DNA of 64,000 nt from Pseudovirgaria hyperparasitica (lineage: Eukaryota). Under the pieces are notes generated by a model. That model was not told the origin of the DNA. It saw only the letters and a program-made list of their open reading frames with translations, and did not search any database. Below are positions 56,684 through 64,000 of the stretch, piece by piece. The stretch lies in assembly GCA_010093815.1 (NCBI GenBank), contig ML996565.1; one strand, 5' to 3'. Made by a program: the position numbers and the translations under genes. How positions within the stretch are numbered: position 1 is the first letter of the stretch; every line of letters begins with the position of its first letter.

Positions 56684-59600
56684 TCAGGACCATCCCGATG
56701 CATTCGAACCTGGGTGTCCCCTCAACGGGTACCCTCCACTCTGTCCATACATTGGGCCGCCATACATGGGGTTACCATTCAAGCCATGGCTGGCATACAT
56801 ATTCCCGCCTGGATGCATTCCTCCCACGCCAGGAAGCTGTGTATGAAACGGAACACTGCGCGCCGGCGAGCCATGCATTGAACCACTAAGCGAGCCATGA
56901 AAAGACGGGGGGTGCCTGGTCGGCGATGAATTAGGTGGAATGTTAGCAAAGGGGACATCGCGGCCGCTGACCTCCATCCACTCTATGTCCGCAGGCTCGT
57001 TCGCCTTGTCGATCGCTTTCTTTAAGCCTACGTTCTCTGCTTGCACGGCGGCGATGAGGCGGGATGCTTGGCGGAGCTCGGCGCGAAGGGAGGCGATGTC
57101 GGTTGTTATGGCTTGCTGGAATTGGTCTTGCTCGGCTTTGACACAGAGGGAGTCGGTGAGCAGGGTCTGGAGTTGGGATTGGGTTTCTTCGAGGGCGGCG
57201 AAACGGGCTGTGAAGGCGGAGATCTGGGATGTGGTGGATTGGTACGCGGTCTCGACACGCTCGAGCATGGTGTTGGTGTCGCTGGATTTGGTGTCGATGA
57301 GGCCTCGAATATCTGCGACGTCGGTACTTATCTTCTGCATCTCATCCGTGACCTGCTGGTGTTTCTTCGCGCTGTCAAATGACGCAGTCTCGATTCCTGC
57401 TTTCAAAATGCTCAGATCCTCACTCGGGTTCTGCATGCTGGTCTGCGTATTGGTCTGCGTGCTGGTGCGTATATCTGCTAGTTGAGTAGTCAAAGAGCTG
57501 ATTACGCCTTCGACAACTTTGATCTTACTATCTGCTTTGCGAAAGACTTCGTTCACATTCTCTCTGAACTCCTTGAGTTGTTTCTTTTGCATCTTCACCT
57601 CGGCGTCCATCTCAGTTTTACGGGCGACTTCTGACAGGACGTCGCTCATGCAGGTCGTGATACGCTTCTGTGCATCTTGTAGCTCTTCGATTTGCTTTTC
57701 AAAGTGTGGCTTTATATCGTCCAACTTGATGCGCTCCTCTACCAAGGTCCGCTGAAGACGCTCCTCTGCTGCTTTCCAAACCTCTTCCTGGCTCATTGCG
57801 GCTGCCCGGAGCGACTTGAACTCGGTCTGTATGTGTATCAGTGGCCCGTCTCTCTGACTCTGCAACTTCAGGATCTGCTCGTTCGCCATCTTGAGTGCTG
57901 TGCTATGACTCTTCTGGGTCTTTTCCGTAGAAATCTGGAGATCGTAAATGCGTTGGACATGGGCCTTGTGAATCTTCTCAAGCTCTTTGTTGAGGTTTGA
58001 GTTAAATTCCTCTTGCAGTTTCCTGTTCCCTTCATGAACCTTTTTGAGCTCATAGATATACCTATGTAGAGCCTTTTGGTTCATGTCAATAGTCTTCTTA
58101 AGCTCAAGATTGCGCTGATTATGTTCCTCTTCATGCATGGAAAGTATATCTGTGACATTGTCGCTTTGCTGTTCTCGCGCCTAGAAGTTGTCAATAGTGA
58201 TCTGCAAAAGAAGAATGTGGTGAATGAATACTCGCTCTGCTGCTACCACTTGCTCCTGTAGAGTCTGAACAGCTTGTACAGCGGCCTCCTGCTGTTTCTT
58301 CATATGTGTTTGCAACTCGAAGAGTTCGGTGTTTGTTCGATCCATCTTAGAGAATTTTTCCTTGATGGCGGCGTACTTCGGATGTTCATAGTTCTTGATC
58401 ATAGTAGCGATGGCACGGTGCATATCATACTGCTCCTGGAGCATTGGCGGAACGCTAGAATTGTGTACATCTTGGGTCGACAGCGAAAGCCAATGTGACG
58501 TTGCATTTGCTATATCTTCCTGAGACCCGATTGAGCTGGTCAGGTCATTGTTGGTTTCACTCGATTGCTCAGGGACAGGTTGACGTATTTTGCTCACAGA
58601 CAGAGGTGGGAGCTTAAAGCCCTCTTTTGACTTTTCACGATAGTCGTGCCCGTCTGGCAAGGATATTGGACCGAAAATCCCAGCAGATTTGGACGCAGTA
58701 AGCGCAGCAGGTGTGGCAGGTGTAACAGTTTGCGCAGTTTCAGATGGTGAAGCAGGTGAGGCAGAAGCTCCAGCACCAAGTGTATCGAAAACACTAATAC
58801 TGTTCGCAACTGGTATCAAACCCAGACTATCACGCTTTCTCTTCTCCAAAAAACGATCCCAGGCTGGACTGGACGTTGTCTGCGGCTTGACAGGTTGGTT
58901 TAAAGTGTTCGACTAAGTAATCAGATCGTCAGCATATGCAATCATTCCTCTGATGGTAAGCTTACAGTTTGTTTGTTCGGTGTGACCTCTGGTCCGGTGA
59001 CAGACTCAGAAGGACGACGACCTTGTGGCTTGGTCGTGTTGGCGGAGCTCATGGATCGAACTTTATCGTAGTTTGATGTGGGACGATATGTCTGAGACTG
59101 ATTTGCTGCTTGAGCCGCACGATCAGCGTCGAGAGCATATTTCCTAGTTGGTGCAACGTCGACTAGATCATTCTCCTTCAGCTCTGCGACTCTCTGCTGG
59201 CTTGGTCGCCTGCTCATACCTGATACCGCTGACTCTTGTGCTTTCATGGCATCTGGACGCGGCCACACTATCCGACCGGCATTTGGAAATATTGGCCAGT
59301 ATCCTGGTTTAGCAGCTAAACCTTCAACTGTGAGATTCGAAAGGTGCGTTGTGGGAATAGCTGTTGAGACAGAACCTAGGGACTCAATGTCATTTGAGAT
59401 GGACGGATTTTCATCATCATCAGAAAAAGAGTCCTGGGTTGAGGTGGAGCTCGTCGGAGACAGTACTTGGTACGTACCTGGTCCCGTAGATCTCACGGCC
59501 GCAGGCTTGGGTACTGATGCAGGAAATGAAGACGTAATGAAAGGGCGGTTTGCTGCGGGCCTGGAAACCGTTGCGGGCAGAATTTGTCTATTGACAAGTT

Positions 59601-59871
59601 CTGCATCACTAGCTTCCACACGTGGAATTGAGGGCGAAAGAAAAGTTGATGGCTCTCTACCGAGATCCCCGGTGGAGCTGCCGTTGCCATTTGCTAGATG
59701 AGAATTGCCCTCGTCACCTGAAGGCTGTGGATGTGGCGCTGAGCAGTTGTTCCCCATTCTGAAAACTCCGCCTTTCTCTGCCTTCGGCATATTGGACTTC
59801 AGGTCAAGCTGAGAGAGAACTTGAAACTGGCAAGGTGGTCTTGAAGTGTTTGCGCCGTGAGCACAACCCAT
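56684..59871 (-). CDS. Hypothetical ~1000-aa protein: disordered N-terminus, long coiled coil, G/P/M-rich tail (introns ~58913-58965 and ~58181-58231; start uncertain, 59871 or 59790)
   Basis: ORFs 58942-59898, 58181-58849 and 56684-58138 join in frame through plausible GT-AG introns. Heptad-like E/K/Q/L composition. Confidence 0.7.
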
Positions 59872-60831
59872 GCCGTTGTGGGCGGTACTCGAAGACACGG
59901 TGTTACAATAGAGAAAGATTGCGGGAAAGGGTCGCCCAGCGACAGCGAGCTACGTTGTTATGCAGTCCAAGCATGGTAGTTTGTTTACAATTTGTCCTCA
60001 AGGGGGTGACACACGTCTCGTGGCCCTGTTGTTCACTTTAAGCGGGGCAATTTCTGCGTTTAAGAACAGATGACGACAGTTTGGCACTGTTCAAACAATT
60101 GTCAATTCACTTTTTTTTGGAAGAAGAGCGCCCAGTGTCGAACACCTGGAACGGCGAATTCGGGTCATTATTTACCTTAAACCTTCCCAGATAACTCGAC
60201 GTAGCTACGTCGCTTAACCTTGAATATAAGCCAGAGTCTACAATATTCGTTATTGCCCTATCTCCATGGAAAGTCGGTCAGACAATTTCATGCTTAAGAC
60301 TGGGATCCTTCAATCAAGGGGCGGAACGTCAGAGGTGGAGTTTTTGTATCTGATATTTGTCTCTATAACTTTTTGCCTGTCTAAGTGTTGCCGAGATCAG
60401 TGAGCTGCTCATGGTGCGTCTATAGATTGATGATATTTAGCTCGTCTGTAAGGCTTATTTTAGCGTTTTCCTGCTCTGCAGCGGTATGGAACCAACGTGT
60501 TCCTGGCTGGGATAGAGTATGTCGAAGATTTGTATTGTATCCCTGTGATCTGGTCAGCTGAGATCTCCTTAATTGTAGTAGTAATGTTGAAATATCCACC
60601 AGGCTTGAACAGTGTTGTCGTAAAGTACAGATTGCACGACCCGTCCAAAGCGAACGTGTGGTATTCTATGATATCAACAACAGCTTAGTGGGAACATTGT
60701 CGTACTCCCACGAGCCAAATGCAATCCAAGTTTAATTCGTCCTCTAGTGGAACTTGATGCTACTAGTCCTTGGGCGGCACGCCTCAAGCATGCACTTCCC
60801 GGCTCATACTCATATCTCATAGCTACTTGGC

Positions 60832-63800
60832 TTATTTGCCATCATCCCAGCCGACCCAACTACGACCCATAATCCTCCAGACCCTCACCTCACCACTCCT
60901 CAGATCGCCAACCCTGAAGCTTTCGACCTTGCACTTTCTGCTTTCTCGTCCTTGCTCCCAGGCTCGTACCTTCTTTTTCGTGCCATCCCACTCAGCAACG
61001 ATTCCGACATGCTCCTTACCAAGATCCATCTTGTATTTGGCATGCATGGGCCCATGCTTGCCCTCAAATTTCGCGTTGCGAAATGTAATGACGTCACCGG
61101 GACGAATCTCGTCATGCTGTTGAACAGTGGCATTGGCGAGGTTAGCGTAAACAAGAGCACCATATGCGCGTGATCCCACAGGCGGCAGGGCGGACTTCAT
61201 CGGTTTCAGCAGTTCCTGAACCAAACCATGCGGAGTTCCGTCACCAACGACAGAGTTTTGCTTGGACTGTACGCTATCATAGATGGTCTGTCCAAACTGC
61301 GAATGAGCATCTTCAAGTTGATCTTGACGTAGACGGGCAGGAGGCGCTTCATGGCGCTGTTCGAGAACCACATCAGCAGGATCCTGAGCATCAAATCGGG
61401 CCGTTACGATGGTCTGTGAGTAGTCCTGGAATATGATGTAAACGTCACGAGAGACGGTAGCGCGTCCGCCACGTTTGCTAGACGTCGACTCTTCCACCTC
61501 GAATAGAACATCTTTGCGACCTTGAAACGCTGGCGGTGGCATTTGCAATTGCGTCCACCATAAGCTTGTTACCGCTAAGTCGATGTCTTGTGCTATGAAA
61601 CCTTGATCCTTGGGGCTAGTGAGATCTGTCGACTTTCTTCCATACGTAACAGCAGCACGGTTGACATCCAGACTCTTGCGAGCTGATGAAGAGGGTCCTG
61701 CTGGTTCGTAGTGGGGTAACTGTTGAGGGGGTCCATGAGATGTAGGCGGAACGGCTCGCTCAGTAGACTGACGAGCAGGTGGTGGCGGTGGGCTTGCGTA
61801 CAGCTCGTCATCGGAATCGGCCTGTGGGATCTCGATCGTAGGTGTAGGCTGAGGAGGGGCAGCCTGAACTGGAACTGGCGGTGGGACAGTCGGTCTACCT
61901 GATGTTCGAGGCCCCTCTGCTGTGTACTTGTACGGGTCATAGTCATGATCATTATCATCCTCACCTGGGGGTGCGCGAGCTGGGGGAGGGAGAGGTGGAG
62001 GAGCGCCCCTCGGTGCATCTGTAGATTGCCTGCCGGCTGGTGCTTGCTGTGGAGGCAGCGGAGGGATAGCTCGAGCAGCAGAAGGGACCGGAGGAGGGGC
62101 CGCAGGGGGTAGAATAGGTGACCTGATCGGTCCTTCATCTGCGGTAGTGCTATCATCTATACTCGACTCTCTAACATGGGATCCAAGAGCTTCTTTGTGC
62201 GTCGCACCAGAAGCTATGTCTGTGTCGTAGTCTCCTTCATACTCGGTTTCTTCTTCTAACTCATCGTCTATCGACACTCGTTGCGAAATACTGTCTATAG
62301 TTGGCTGCCGGCTTGGTGGTGCTGCAGTAGGCGGAGGAGGTGGTGGAGGCCTGGCTTGAGCTGGGGGAGACATTGGGGGGCTCATCACTGGAACAGGAGG
62401 AGGAATACGGCTTGATCTCTTCTCAGCAGGTGACGATGTTCCACCGGTGGTAACATAGTCGGATCCCATAGTCGAGGTTCGCCGTGGTACGGACGGGCTT
62501 CTGGGACCTGAGTGGTCGGAGGCAGGAACTGGAGGAGGAGGCCCGCGAGCTGAAAGCTCGATTGACCTTCGTGGCATCTCATCGTCCGACTCTGAACCGG
62601 ACGTCGGCGATCTAAACGGCACCGGTGCTGGTGGCACGGGTCTTTCGGTAGGCACTGGGGGTGCAACTCTCTCTGACATAGACACCGGCCGTTCTATACG
62701 AGTCAGCAAACGATACTTGTATCCTGATGCAATGGAAGATGTCGAGTTCTCTTGTGAACCTACTGCGGAACCTAATGAACAAGAATGTCTCTCCTGGTCT
62801 GCCCAGTTCGAGGCTGGTTTTTGAGCAGGGAGGACGACAAAATCTCGCCGAACAGGTGTCCACAGGGGTCCGTCTGACAGCCAAACTACGAGATGTGGGC
62901 GACTTACGGCTTGGTATCGGCGGTGGGGCACCTCGTTGGGCTGATGGAGATGCTGGCTCGACATCTTCGATGTCGGGCACATCCTCTGGTTCTCGATTGC
63001 TGACGGCAGATTTTCTGCTTTGGTCTTCCTTTACAACATTAAGTTGTGTATCTTCGGACTCGGGGCTCCGGACAGTCGACATCCCTGGGATGGGTATCAT
63101 TGGTAAACGCGGAGCCCTCTCGTAGTCATCTGGAGCAGATTGCTCTGGTACTGGCGCTGTCTTCTTCTTCTTTGGTGGAATGCCCCCTGACGGAAGGCCG
63201 CCACCGAACATTCCTGCCATACCCATTCCTCCACTCATCTTTGCCATACGTTCGCGGAGTTCTAGCTTACGTCGTGTTTCTGCATCAATCTCGTCGTCTT
63301 CTTCTTCGCTAGCACCCTCATCCTCTTCTTCGATGTCCTTGTGGGTGTGGACCGTTGAAAGGGGGGTTTGGGGTATACGCCGTGAAGTATCTTCATTGTC
63401 ATCGACACTGGTGGATTCACCTTCGGCCTCTTCAGTCGTTTCTCCGGCAGCGGACTGATCAGCGTCATTTGTATCGCTAAGAAGCTCCCTTGCCGGCTGG
63501 GGTATTTCTGATACATTAAGTCCATGTGATATTTTACGTGGGGGAGCAGTCCTAGGAACATCTATAGATCCTCTATTGGATCCATCAGGGCTAGCTACTT
63601 TATCTAGCTCGTTGTTCTCATCAGCAGCTGCATCCTGAATCTCCGATTCGGTTCGTTTCTTGCTCGGTCGCTTCGGTTTGTCTTTCTGTGTCGCTTCGGC
63701 TCGTTTTGCCTGTTCGGCCTGCTGTTTTTGAAGGAGAGCGATCCTTTCTTTTAGACTTGTAGGTTTAGGTGCGTCATCTCCCTGAGCTTCTTCTGTAGTT

Positions 63801-64000
63801 GCAGCTAGACCAGCTTTTTCGGCGGCCTCAAGGTCCTGAGCTTGACGTTCAGCTATCTCCGGGTCTTCTTCTCGGCGATAGACCTTCTGAGGTGGGGGCT
63901 CGCGTGGTGCAGTCGGAACATAAGCATTCCTGCTGGGAGGGGGCGCGACGAATGGCTTTTTGACGAAGCCCGCACCTGCTTTGCTCCCGCTGGGTTTGAA
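60832..64000 (-). CDS. BBC1: Bbc1/Mti1-like actin-patch protein, 5' end outside the window (intron ~62706-62907)
   Basis: PKPTSLKERIALLQKQQ, RRKLELRERMAKMSGGMGM, Pro-rich middle region, C-terminal domain YGALVYANLANATVQQHDEIRPGD...HVGIVAEWDGTKKKVRAWEQG...DLRSGEVRVWR. Confidence 0.85.

Overview
Gene-dense, intron-containing DNA from a filamentous ascomycete (Pezizomycotina; a Dothideomycete is likely, but that is inference from protein style). I can support about 28 protein-coding genes. Most are conserved housekeeping genes: MTR10, SME1, FAU1, ROT1, a BTB protein, Xaa-Pro peptidase, KRE9, a Pho80-like cyclin, a C2H2 factor, a DPBB/expansin-like protein, a CUE protein, a PAS protein, Polycomb EED, RKM5, SET3, a peroxisomal enoyl-CoA hydratase, a Bys1-like secreted protein, M14 carboxypeptidase, a divergent second TPI, MET13 and a partial BBC1. 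Between MET13 and BBC1 lies a ~10 kb block of less conserved genes: a T5orf172/GIY-YIG nuclease-domain protein, a spliced stand-alone retroelement-type RNase H with intact catalytic residues, and a long coiled-coil protein. The most notable observations are (i) that block, (ii) an S-L-x-D-Y-x-S-R-K motif shared by the RNase H protein and SET3, (iii) recurring GC-rich islands whose strand skew flips from C/A-rich to G/T-rich regardless of gene orientation, (iv) a MET13 leader with intron-borne uATGs and a hairpin, and (v) a substitution in the EED aromatic cage. No rRNA, tRNA, CRISPR array or intact transposon was recognised. Gene models were spliced by eye, and family calls rest on remembered motifs, not database searches.
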